A DNA stretch of 64,000 nucleotides from a virus. Its lineage: Duplodnaviria > Heunggongvirae > Uroviricota > Caudoviricetes. The notes beneath the pieces are model-generated. The model saw nothing but the letters and a program-made list of their open reading frames with translations. It did not search any database and was not told where the DNA came from. Position numbers and translations under genes: made by a program. The stretch is taken from positions 152,485-216,484 of IMG/VR virus record IMGVR_UViG_3300028886_000031. One strand, given 5' to 3'. Shown one piece after another: positions 48,582 through 57,905 of the stretch; position 1 is the first letter of the stretch, and each line of letters opens with the position of its first letter.

Positions 48582-49154
48582 ATGAGTATTTTAGATAAAA
48601 CATCCAAGGCCATTTTGGTTGAGGGAATGAGAAATTCTCTTTGCAATGTTCTTCAGGAAAGTACACAGATGTCTGCAAAGGACGCAAGTCTTCGCCAGAA
48701 GTTTGTTCGTGAGAATGCTACATATGAGCAGCTCTTGAATATTACAATGAACCCAGATAGAGATACAAACTATCTTCCAGATTATGTTCTTGAGGGTGCT
48801 GTTGCTGTTCTTCATAGAGCATGTCTTACTGGTCGTAAGTACATCGGTGTAAATGCTATTACAGAAGGTGCACTTAAGCTTCATAAGGAAACTGGTGCTG
48901 TTATTACAGAGAGTATGCTTGATGCGGCTTTGAATTCTGTTCAGAGGGGACAGGGTCTTAAGGTTATTTCAAGTGTTCTTCAGGAATCAGCAAAGGTTCA
49001 ACAGGCAATCGATGCTAAGAAAAAGGCACTTGCTGAATCACGTATGAACCCAGCAGCACAACCAACTCAGAAGACTGTAACTGAAGCTAAGAAGGTTGCC
49101 AAGAAAGTCAAGATTTGCAAGAAATGCGGTAAAGCAAAGTGCAAGTGCAAGTAA
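48582..49154 (+). CDS. Putative head/core protein with Lys/Cys tail
   Basis: Paralog of 49176; many LxE/ITE sites; ends KICKKCGKAKCKCK. Confidence 0.8.
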   Translation: MSILDKTSKAILVEGMRNSLCNVLQESTQMSAKDASLRQKFVRENATYEQLLNITMNPDRDTNYLPDYVLEGAVAVLHRACLTGRKYIGVNAITEGALKLHKETGAVITESMLDAALNSVQRGQGLKVISSVLQESAKVQQAIDAKKKALAESRMNPAAQPTQKTVTEAKKVAKKVKICKKCGKAKCKCK

Positions 49155-49175
49155 TCTGTAGAAAGGAACACTAAC

Positions 49176-50159
49176 ATGGGCATCTTTAATGATAGATCGA
49201 AAAGAGCGCTCGTGGGTGCAATGCGTGAATGTGTGTGTGACACTCTAATGGAGAGTGCCACACTCACATCCAAGCAGGCTACAGATAAAATGAATTTTGT
49301 ATTCGAAAATGCAACATATGAACAACTTCTAAATGTTACGATTAATCCAGATCGTGATACTAACTATCTTCCGTCATATGTTCTCGAAGGTGCTGTAGCT
49401 ATTCTCCACAGAGCATGTCTCACAGGAAGAGAATATATTGGCAAGAACGCTATTACAGAAGGAGCTAAGCTTCTCGCTGAAGAAACTGGCGCTGTCATTA
49501 CAGAAAGTATGAAGCAAGCCGCTCTGAATAGTGTTAATAATGGAGGTGGTTTAAAAGTTGTAGAAAAACTTCTGGAAGAAGCTGCTTTATTACAAGAAGA
49601 TTATGCAGCAAATGCTCAGACTATTTTTGGTATAAGCCCAGAAACATATAATGCTTTGAGAAGTGCTAGAACAGATAAAGGTGCTGCCTTAGCTAAGAGA
49701 AAAGGTAATTTAATTAGTGAATTAACAGCCAAAGCAAAAAGTTTGAAGTTTAATGATCCAAAGTTTACTGCTGAGATATGGGCAAATGATCTTATTGCTG
49801 CTGCTCAAACTGGTGATGTTTCAAAATTGTCTGCAGTTAAAAGACAGATAATGGCTGCATCCAGAGAAGGTATTGTAAAAGATGCAATTAAGACATTAGA
49901 TACGACACCATCATCAGCATTATCACCGAGACAACTAAGAAAATTACAACAGCGTGCTGGTGGGAATTTCGGTAGAAATTTTGGATCAGCAGCTAAAAAT
50001 AATATCAATCCAGGAATGCTAAATGATGTTAATAGAACAATAGCAAACCAGTCAAAGAGAATGAACCCTTGGGTTGCTGGTGGATTGGGAATTGCTGGAG
50101 CACTTGGTGGTGCATATCTATATAATAGATATAAACAAAATCAGGCTGCTCAACAGTAA
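49176..50159 (+). CDS. Putative head/ejection protein with C-terminal Gly-rich TM helix
   Basis: N-terminal ~135 aa highly similar to 48582-49154; WVAGGLGIAGALGGAYLYN tail. Confidence 0.8.
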   Translation: MGIFNDRSKRALVGAMRECVCDTLMESATLTSKQATDKMNFVFENATYEQLLNVTINPDRDTNYLPSYVLEGAVAILHRACLTGREYIGKNAITEGAKLLAEETGAVITESMKQAALNSVNNGGGLKVVEKLLEEAALLQEDYAANAQTIFGISPETYNALRSARTDKGAALAKRKGNLISELTAKAKSLKFNDPKFTAEIWANDLIAAAQTGDVSKLSAVKRQIMAASREGIVKDAIKTLDTTPSSALSPRQLRKLQQRAGGNFGRNFGSAAKNNINPGMLNDVNRTIANQSKRMNPWVAGGLGIAGALGGAYLYNRYKQNQAAQQ

Positions 50160-50210
50160 TAATTGGAAATATCTAGCGTAGAAATTACGCTAGATATTTT
50201 TCCTCGCTTT

Positions 50211-50810
50211 TTAGTATTTTCTTATACATCCAAATTTTTCTTGTTTCGGATTAAATTCGTATACAACAGTAAAATCTGGACTATTGATAAATGATTCTAT
50301 TGTATAAGCTTTCTTTCCAAACGCTATATTAACCATATCTATTTTAAGATCAGGAAAACATGCCGCAGTCATTTCATGACAATAATATGCTTTATTTCCA
50401 GTCTTAAAATCAAAATCATATGGTCTGCCGACAAGTGCCTTAGCTATTTGAACAGCTTTCTTTAAACCTTTTCTCGGTTTAAATATGATAAATCTATCAC
50501 ATCTTAAGAAATCTACTAAATCTTGTTGAAATACTCCAACTGCCATAGAATGAATCATAGATTGTTCCCATTCACTATTCTTAATACAGATTCCAGTATG
50601 ACTATAATCTCCAGGGATGAAGTATCCATCTAGATAATCACTATAACCTCTACCAATGACATATCCTGGTTGTAGAACCTCTACCGCTTCTCTAAACTGT
50701 CTACCTTTTGCCAAGAATGTAGTTGGACAATAAGATAACCACATCGGGTATTTAGATATTTTAATTCTACCAAATATGGTTAAAAATTTTTCTTTTAACC
50801 ATTTAAACAT
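50211..50810 (-). CDS. Permuted papain-like amidase (YiiX/YebB-like, C92)
   Basis: PG.YSHTGI before GRPYDF...YYCHEM (His before Cys). Confidence 0.8.
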   Translation of the reverse strand: MFKWLKEKFLTIFGRIKISKYPMWLSYCPTTFLAKGRQFREAVEVLQPGYVIGRGYSDYLDGYFIPGDYSHTGICIKNSEWEQSMIHSMAVGVFQQDLVDFLRCDRFIIFKPRKGLKKAVQIAKALVGRPYDFDFKTGNKAYYCHEMTAACFPDLKIDMVNIAFGKKAYTIESFINSPDFTVVYEFNPKQEKFGCIRKY

Positions 50811-50960
50811 AATATTTTTTCCTTATTTGTACTTAATATAATTTATTATCCTATTAACAGCATTCTACATCAATGATTTTAAAAATGTTATATCAAATAA
50901 ATAATATGATATATATTAACAATTGTGTCGAACAAATCATCAAAACAGAAAGGAAAAACG

Positions 50961-51404
50961 ATGAAGAAGTTCATAATCGCCGTACTCACGGCTTTTAGTA
51001 CAATTGTTTGTGACGGAAAGACTGTGAGGAAAGTTATGGTTACTGACGAACTGTTGAATGCCCTTGCTCAAGTTGAGTCAAACAACGACAACACAAAGGT
51101 TGGCAAACTTGGTGAGCTCGGCATTCTCCAAATCAGAGAATGTGTTATTCATGACGTCAACAGAATATACAAGACAAATTATATTCTTGAAGATGCCAAG
51201 GACAACACAAAAGCAAAAGACATCTGTCGTAAGTATCTCCAACATTGGGGCAAGCATTACGAGAAAAAGACTGGTCAGAAAGCAACCAATCAAGTCCTTT
51301 CCAAGATTTGGAATGGCGGTCCAAATGGACCATACAAGAAAACAACCTATGTGATAGCCAACTTGGATTGTTACTGGTTAAAAGTTAAAGCCCAACTTGG
51401 CTAA
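50961..51404 (+). CDS. Secreted lysozyme-like muramidase (147 aa)
   Basis: SD AAAGGAAAA; signal peptide; ALAQVES...GILQI...IWNGGP lysozyme-fold motifs. Confidence 0.8.
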   Translation: MKKFIIAVLTAFSTIVCDGKTVRKVMVTDELLNALAQVESNNDNTKVGKLGELGILQIRECVIHDVNRIYKTNYILEDAKDNTKAKDICRKYLQHWGKHYEKKTGQKATNQVLSKIWNGGPNGPYKKTTYVIANLDCYWLKVKAQLG

Positions 51405-51474
51405 ACAAAAGTTGTTTATTAAAGAAGTCGTTGGATGCTAATCCTTCGACTTTTTTTATTTGAAAGGAGTAATT

Positions 51475-52086
51475 ATGGTATACATTGTAGAAGGTATAGA
51501 TGGATCAGGTAAAACATCTATTTGTCAAAAACTAAAAGATCATATATCTAAAACCAGATATTGCTATGTTGTGAGAGAACCAGGAGGTACAACTTGTGCT
51601 GAATACATTAGATCTATTATAAAAGATCCAAATGTAAAAATGTCAAAAGAACATCAACTAACTCTTTTTATTCTTGCTCGATATTTTATTACAGAGTATA
51701 TTAATAGTCAATATCTATTAGAAGATGCTGATTTTATATTAGATAGATATATTCCATCCACCATAGCATATCAACATTATGGATTTGGAATACAAATGGA
51801 TCTGATAAATAAACTACATGAAGATATTACTCCATGTTCATGGATTACGATGAACAATTCTACAATTATATATCTTAAGACAGATCCAGAAGTTGCATTA
51901 CAGCGAATTAGAAAACGTGGAGATGAACCAGATAAATTTGAGAGATTAGACTTTCTCCAAAAGGTATCTAATGGATATGATGAATATTTTAAAACAAAAC
52001 CTTCGAAAAAGATAATCACAATAGATACATCCAATAAAACAGAAAATGAAGTTTGGATAGAGTTATTAAAGGAACTAAAAATATGA
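51475..52086 (+). CDS. tmk: Thymidylate kinase
   Basis: [11 protein letters not shown]-loop, REPGGT, DRY motifs. Confidence 0.92.
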   Translation: MVYIVEGIDGSGKTSICQKLKDHISKTRYCYVVREPGGTTCAEYIRSIIKDPNVKMSKEHQLTLFILARYFITEYINSQYLLEDADFILDRYIPSTIAYQHYGFGIQMDLINKLHEDITPCSWITMNNSTIIYLKTDPEVALQRIRKRGDEPDKFERLDFLQKVSNGYDEYFKTKPSKKIITIDTSNKTENEVWIELLKELKI

Positions 52087-53084
52087 AAGCACTTATAACA
52101 GGAATTACTGGTCAAGATGGATCGTATCTAACGGAACTTCTTTTAAATAAAGGATATGAAGTTCATGGTATTATAAGAAGATCATCTTGTATTAACACAA
52201 GTAGAATTGATCACTTATATCAAGATCCACACATTAAAGATTGTAAATTGTTTTTACATTATGGTGATCTTGTGGATTCTGCAAATCTAATTAGAATTAT
52301 GACTGAAGTTCATCCAGATGAAGTATATAATCTTGGTGCTCAAAGTCATGTAAAAGTATCATTCGATAGTCCGGAATATACTGGAAACGTAGATGCACTT
52401 GGAACTCTAAGATTACTAGAGGCTATTAGATGTGTAGATAAAAATATTAAGTTTTATCAGGCATCCACGTCAGAACTTTACGGTCTTGTTCAACAGACGC
52501 CACAGACAGAATTAACTCCGTTCTATCCAAGAAGTCCTTATGGAGTTGCTAAATTGTACTCGTATTGGATCTGTAAAAACTACAGAGAAGCATATAATAT
52601 GTTTATATGTAATGGGATTCTTTTTAATCATGAGTCACCAAGAAGAGGTGAAACATTTGTAACAAGAAAGATTACTCTAGGTGCTGCTAGAATAGCATGT
52701 GGATTGCAAGATAAACTCTATCTCGGAAATTTGGATGCTAAAAGAGATTGGGGTCATGCAAGAGATTATGTAGAGGGAATGTATCTAATGTTACAACATT
52801 CTGTTCCGGATGATTATGTATTAGCAACTGGTGAAAGTCATTCAGTAAGAGATTTCATTAATGAATGTAGTAAATATTGCAATATAGATCTAATGTCACA
52901 TGTTGTAATAGATCCTAGATATTATAGACCATCTGAAGTACAGCAACTTTTAGGTAGTTATGCTAAAGCTAAGAGAGTTTTGCTCTGGAAACCAAAAGTA
53001 AAATTTCATGAATTAGTTTATGAAATGATGGAAAGCGATTTACAGAAAGTTTATAAAGAAGAAGTAAAACACACAGGGAAATAA
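52083..53084 (+). CDS. gmd: GDP-mannose 4,6-dehydratase
   Basis: [49 protein letters not shown]. Confidence 0.97.
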   Translation: MKALITGITGQDGSYLTELLLNKGYEVHGIIRRSSCINTSRIDHLYQDPHIKDCKLFLHYGDLVDSANLIRIMTEVHPDEVYNLGAQSHVKVSFDSPEYTGNVDALGTLRLLEAIRCVDKNIKFYQASTSELYGLVQQTPQTELTPFYPRSPYGVAKLYSYWICKNYREAYNMFICNGILFNHESPRRGETFVTRKITLGAARIACGLQDKLYLGNLDAKRDWGHARDYVEGMYLMLQHSVPDDYVLATGESHSVRDFINECSKYCNIDLMSHVVIDPRYYRPSEVQQLLGSYAKAKRVLLWKPKVKFHELVYEMMESDLQKVYKEEVKHTGK

Positions 53085-53091
53085 AATATTC

Positions 53092-53135
53092 TATAGGTAT
53101 TTTAGATATCTAACGATTGATCTAAAATACCTATA
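53092..53135. terminator. 16-bp inverted repeat between convergent genes
   Basis: TATAGGTATTTTAGAT / ATCTAAAATACCTATA. Confidence 0.7.
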
Positions 53136-53148
53136 ATATTATATAGAA

Positions 53149-54087
53149 TTACTTAGAATATTTTAGACTATTTATTTTCTCTTGTTGTTTTTTATTATTC
53201 CATTTTTGGATCAGATTAGAAAGCTTAGATCCACTATATCCGCCAACTCCGAGACCAACAGCACCACCAGCATATTTACCCATGTCACCGACATTCTGTA
53301 TTCTATCATTAATTGCAGAACCTGCTACATAAGCATCATGAAGTTTATCGGCTAAATCTACAGTATTTTTGGCACCATGTTTATTTACATCGGTTGCCAC
53401 ATTAGTGAGAAAATCTTTAAAATTAATTCCATCAACAGAATTTGTAATTTTCTTAATATGACTTGATGGATCTTTAGCTAAGTCTGTTATGTTATCCGGT
53501 AATTGAGATCTGAGACTTTTAATAAAACTTGCTGTAGTAAGAGGTTTGTTACCTAAATCATGTGCTACATTACGAACGAATTGTCCAGCATTACTATTTT
53601 TAATAGAGTTTACTGTACTGCTAGTAATAGGATTGTTGCTTAAATCTTGGGATACCTGATCAGCAAGTTTTCCAACATTACTATTTTTTATATCATTTAA
53701 ATTTGATTTACTCACATCTACTTCACCTTTTAATGGATCATAATGAGTATTTGTTTCTTTAGATATTTGATAGTTTCTAGCACGTGATTGTGCTTCCTTA
53801 CCCAATAGATATGCTAATCCAGCACCTAAGCCAAGTCCAACAAGGGAATTTAATAATATCTTTCCAGTACTTGAATGTTTTACAAACATGTATTGCAAGA
53901 AATCTATATATTGCTCTCTTGACATTTTCTCATCCATGTTCTGGACTAATGACCTACTCTTATCATCCCCATTTTTTAAGACAGCCATCTTAAAATCTCT
54001 AGCTGTAGGATATTTAGAAACAATATCAGATATAATATTGGCCTGCTTTGATTTAGACCAAGTTTTAATAGAATTAAGATTATTCAT
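53149..54087 (-). CDS. Putative virion membrane protein (312 aa)
   Basis: MNNLNS leader; two Gly-rich helices; paralog of 54087-54674. Confidence 0.8.
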   Translation of the reverse strand: MNNLNSIKTWSKSKQANIISDIVSKYPTARDFKMAVLKNGDDKSRSLVQNMDEKMSREQYIDFLQYMFVKHSSTGKILLNSLVGLGLGAGLAYLLGKEAQSRARNYQISKETNTHYDPLKGEVDVSKSNLNDIKNSNVGKLADQVSQDLSNNPITSSTVNSIKNSNAGQFVRNVAHDLGNKPLTTASFIKSLRSQLPDNITDLAKDPSSHIKKITNSVDGINFKDFLTNVATDVNKHGAKNTVDLADKLHDAYVAGSAINDRIQNVGDMGKYAGGAVGLGVGGYSGSKLSNLIQKWNNKKQQEKINSLKYSK

Positions 54088-54674
54088 TATAAAAGTCCTC
54101 TATTATACATATAATTAAGTGTTGTTTTATTATTTGTTTTCTTTAAATTTTCAATTTCTTTTTGTATATTATTATCCCGCCAGTTCAAGATAGAATTCGT
54201 TGCCGCAGCACCACCAATTCCACCAGCAATGCCACTTGCAGCTCCAATTATTCCATTCTTAAGGCCATTTTTATATATATCATTTTTGAGAGTTGTTAAT
54301 GGACTATCTAAATTAGCCATATCTGATATACTATCAGAGATTCTATGTGCCACGCTTTTTTTGTCTAGATCATTAGTGACGCCGAGATATACGCCTAAGT
54401 AATTAGCTAATATACCTAATCCTATTCCAGATAATATTGTGCTTAGAAATTTACCATGCCCGTTATACTTTATGAATACATATTGTAAAAAATCTATGTA
54501 CTGATATCTTGACATATTATCAGGTATCGTTTGAGCTAATGCAGTTAATTTTTTATTATCGGATGATAATAATGCTTTCTTGAAATCATTACCAGTAGGA
54601 TATTCCTGGACTATTTTTTTAATAGCTTCTAACTGCTTAGATTTTGAAAATTTGTACGTGACTGGGTTTAGCAT
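54087..54674 (-). CDS. Putative virion membrane protein (195 aa)
   Basis: Shares KSKQ...YPT..DFK...MSR.QYIDFLQY with 53149-54087. Confidence 0.8.
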   Translation of the reverse strand: MLNPVTYKFSKSKQLEAIKKIVQEYPTGNDFKKALLSSDNKKLTALAQTIPDNMSRYQYIDFLQYVFIKYNGHGKFLSTILSGIGLGILANYLGVYLGVTNDLDKKSVAHRISDSISDMANLDSPLTTLKNDIYKNGLKNGIIGAASGIAGGIGGAAATNSILNWRDNNIQKEIENLKKTNNKTTLNYMYNRGLL

Positions 54675-54809
54675 AATAATCTTACGAATTTAATAAATTT
54701 AAATTTATTAAAAAAATATGAAAGATATTAATTTGTTATAATTTGATATAGATTTATTACTTATTAATAAAAATATCTAACATTCATTCTAAAGTTGAAA
54801 GCTGACAAT

Positions 54810-55778
54810 ATGAAAAAAACACATAAAATTTACGTTGCTGGTTCTACTGGATTAGTTGGATCAGCTGTTGTGAGAAGATTAAAAGCACATGGTTATAAAG
54901 ATATTCTAACTGAAAGAGTAGAATTATTTGATCCTGTGGAGATTGATAATTTTCTGGTTGTAAATAGACCAGATACAATTATCATGTGTGCTGCTAGGGT
55001 TGGTGGAATTGGAGCTAATTCCAAATGTAATTCTGGTTTCTTATACGACAATCTTCAAATGGAGCTGAATTTAATTAATGCTGCTCGTGTTAGACAAGTT
55101 CCAAATTTTATATTTCTGGGTTCTTCTTGTATTTATCCAAAAGATAGTAAAATACCGATTAAACCAGATCAGTTATTAAGTAGAAAATTAGAGCCTACAA
55201 ACGAAGGTTATGCACTTGCTAAAATATGTGGAATCAAACTATGCCAGTTTATTAGACGTGAAGATGGTCTAGATTATCATTCTGTAATGCCATGCAATCT
55301 ATACGGACCAAATGATAATTATGATTTAGAAAACTGTCATGTCCTACCAGCATTAATTAGAAAAGTTCATGATTGTTATAAAAACAACATAAGATGTATA
55401 GAATTATGGGGAACAGGAAGACCGTTAAGGGAATTCTTATATTCAGATGATGTTGCCGATGCTATTATTAAGTTAATGGAAAAAATTCCAGAATCTAAAA
55501 TAACAAGGGAATATTTACCAGATATTATTAATGTTGGATCGGAAAAAGAAATTTCTATATTGAATCTTCTTCATACTGTTATATATACAATTAGAGAATT
55601 TACAAATGCCAGCTGGAGTCCTATGGTTGTATGTGATACAAACAAACCGGATGGAGTATATTCTAAACTCATGGATTCATCTTTTATAAAAAGCCTCGGA
55701 TGGTCTCAAAAAACAAGTCTGGAAGAAGGTCTCAGATTAACATATAAAGATGCTTTGAAGAAACATATTTTTAAATAA
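54810..55778 (+). CDS. fcl: GDP-L-fucose synthase
   Basis: GSTGLVGS, AARVGGI, GSSCIYP, YALAK, CNLYGPNDNY, WGTG.PLREFL. Confidence 0.95.
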   Translation: MKKTHKIYVAGSTGLVGSAVVRRLKAHGYKDILTERVELFDPVEIDNFLVVNRPDTIIMCAARVGGIGANSKCNSGFLYDNLQMELNLINAARVRQVPNFIFLGSSCIYPKDSKIPIKPDQLLSRKLEPTNEGYALAKICGIKLCQFIRREDGLDYHSVMPCNLYGPNDNYDLENCHVLPALIRKVHDCYKNNIRCIELWGTGRPLREFLYSDDVADAIIKLMEKIPESKITREYLPDIINVGSEKEISILNLLHTVIYTIREFTNASWSPMVVCDTNKPDGVYSKLMDSSFIKSLGWSQKTSLEEGLRLTYKDALKKHIFK

Positions 55779-55799
55779 ATATAAAAAGAATTGTAAATT

Positions 55800-56216
55800 A
55801 TGGATATCAATAATATTACATCTACAGAAGATTCTTCTAAGAATAATGAGCTCATAAATAAAGAGAAGTCGTCCTATGATAAACTTCTAGATGAGTTTAC
55901 TAAATCTCGAGAAGATCTCAAGAAAATGTTAGCAGATGTAGAAGAATGTAAACAAAGTGTTTTGAAAGATGTTTCTTCCTCTTCTGATTATAGAAATAAA
56001 TATGCTAGGGAAGAACGTTTGAAAACTTTAAGTACATTCTTTCAGAATGAGCTTCAAATAAGACAAGAGTATAATAGATCACTTCTTTCTGAGATTGAAG
56101 TTAGACGTAAACTGGATATGAATAATCAGGATGAAGATGAAGTAGATATACGCGCTATTATGAAGCAAATTGCAGCTTTTAATAAATCGAAAGAAAACGA
56201 CGATGACAAAAAGTGA
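55800..56216 (+). CDS. Coiled-coil hypothetical protein
   Basis: Late-type AAATAAATA upstream; helical. Confidence 0.75.
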   Translation: MDINNITSTEDSSKNNELINKEKSSYDKLLDEFTKSREDLKKMLADVEECKQSVLKDVSSSSDYRNKYAREERLKTLSTFFQNELQIRQEYNRSLLSEIEVRRKLDMNNQDEDEVDIRAIMKQIAAFNKSKENDDDKK

Positions 56217-56367
56217 GTTTCTAGATAAAATCAAAGACATTCCAGATAATGCTGAGATTGATGTATATAATTTAGAAACATTCATGCATCCAGAATTCGA
56301 AATAAATACAGAATCTTATTTTAATTATGATACAGGAACTCCTATTATCACAATTGAAATAACTTAA
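56203..56367 (+). CDS. Small acidic protein (54 aa)
   Basis: MTKSEFLDKIKDIPDNAEI pattern; overlap with previous gene. Confidence 0.65.
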   Translation: MTKSEFLDKIKDIPDNAEIDVYNLETFMHPEFEINTESYFNYDTGTPIITIEIT

Positions 56368-56419
56368 ATGTACATGAACAACTATATATATTAATTAATG
56401 ATGTATTAGTTAAACATTT

Positions 56420-56496
56420 GCCCCTGTAGCTCACCAGGACAGAGCAGCTGCCTTCTAAGCAGCGGGTAGGAGGTTCGAATCCTCTCAGGGGCGCCA
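56420..56496 (+). tRNA. tRNA-Arg (anticodon UCU) with encoded CCA
   Basis: Acceptor GCCCCTG/CAGGGGC, anticodon arm GCTGC-CTTCTAA-GCAGC, T arm GGTTCGAATCC; early motif at 56382. Confidence 0.97.
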
Positions 56497-56511
56497 TCTT
56501 AAAGGAGAGTT

Positions 56512-57054
56512 ATGAATCAGTATTTTCGAATTGAAAGATCTAACTTTAATCTTTATTTTTTATCAAACAATAATATAGAATTTATAACAGATGGAAAATA
56601 TGCTTATATTTTTCTTGGAAAAACAAATGAAAATTTACTAGACAAGAATATATCTGCGTATAGTAAACTATTTGATGATGTTAATATAGAATATGAGTTA
56701 TTTATAGATAAAGCAGATCAATTCACAAAACAACTAGAAAATCCTGAACGGAAAGTTATGCTAACTGTAAAGGATCTTATAGAGTTTTTACAAAAGCAAG
56801 ATCCGAACGCACTAATTCTTTCCTACGAAGTAAATTCTGGTGCATTTATAAGTCAGTTTAAAGAACTCCCAAATAGACAAGTATGTACTGTTCAACAATG
56901 TAAAAAAGATGATATTAAGTATTGGACGGCTTTATATGAACGTGAGTTCGAAAACGATCCAGATAAAGATGAAAAGATAAAGGAAAAAATACATGACTCA
57001 CTTTATGAAACATATAGGTATGCTAGGAATACAGATGTCGTAATATCATTCTAA
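56512..57054 (+). CDS. Hypothetical protein
   Basis: SD AAAGGAG; LTVKDLIEFLQKQDPNA motif. Confidence 0.75.
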   Translation: MNQYFRIERSNFNLYFLSNNNIEFITDGKYAYIFLGKTNENLLDKNISAYSKLFDDVNIEYELFIDKADQFTKQLENPERKVMLTVKDLIEFLQKQDPNALILSYEVNSGAFISQFKELPNRQVCTVQQCKKDDIKYWTALYEREFENDPDKDEKIKEKIHDSLYETYRYARNTDVVISF

Positions 57055-57065
57055 GGAGAGTTAAT

Positions 57066-57362
57066 ATGCTAATCCGACAGTTTAAAGTCTATAAAAAACA
57101 TGGATATGATATTGTAAATGGTATAAAATGGGAAGGTTGGAACATAAGTGATCTAAAAGAGTTTCTTGGTGATCATCTGCTAGATAATCCAGATAAACAA
57201 AAGTACTTTAATTTTGTATCTAAAGATGATAAATTAGATATATACCTTAAAAATGAAAATGAACCTAGGCAAAAGATATGCCTGAGAGATGTTGTTATAA
57301 GAGATAGAATAGATAGTTGTCATTTTAAAATACTAAAAGAGTATGAAACTATGGATTACTAA
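57066..57362 (+). CDS. Hypothetical protein
   Basis: SD AAGGAG. Confidence 0.7.
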   Translation: MLIRQFKVYKKHGYDIVNGIKWEGWNISDLKEFLGDHLLDNPDKQKYFNFVSKDDKLDIYLKNENEPRQKICLRDVVIRDRIDSCHFKILKEYETMDY

Positions 57363-57374
57363 AAGGAGAATTTT

Positions 57375-57905
57375 ATGATTAGGAATGATTTTGTATCAAA
57401 TAGCTCATCTTGCAGTTTTGTTATATCAAATCATGAAAGCATTAAAGATGCTTTACATAACAAAAAATATGATTTTTTGAAATTCATATATTTAATCCCA
57501 CATAATCATAGATATAGTTATGATAATGGCTCCATAGAATTTTGTAAAGATGGTCCAGAATGTTGGGATAACTATCTATTATATCAGATTCCGGAAACAT
57601 CAGCTATAAAAATAACAACAGATTCTCCAAACAACATTGAAATTAAAGATGTAGAGTGTTTTAAAGATCCTGAAAAATTATCTGAGGATGATCTTGAAAT
57701 TATAACACGACTTGTAGAAGAGTCTGATAAAATTGTTTTTAATTTTGGATTAGATGATACTGGTGAAAAAGCACCTAGAGTTGCTACAACACTTAGTTTG
57801 CTATGTTATATGTATGATGTATATGTAACATCTGAGGAATTTGATATAGATTCTGTTATAGATACTGTGAAATTATTTAAAGGAGTTAACAATGATAAGA
57901 AATGA
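57375..57905 (+). CDS. SNSSS-motif protein
   Basis: MIRNDFVSNSSSCSF; SD AAAGGAG. Confidence 0.8.
   Translation: MIRNDFVSNSSSCSFVISNHESIKDALHNKKYDFLKFIYLIPHNHRYSYDNGSIEFCKDGPECWDNYLLYQIPETSAIKITTDSPNNIEIKDVECFKDPEKLSEDDLEIITRLVEESDKIVFNFGLDDTGEKAPRVATTLSLLCYMYDVYVTSEEFDIDSVIDTVKLFKGVNNDKK

Noticed and set aside
55800-56216. Terminase small subunit
   Set aside because: Size and coiled coil are compatible, but there is no diagnostic motif and no large terminase adjacent.
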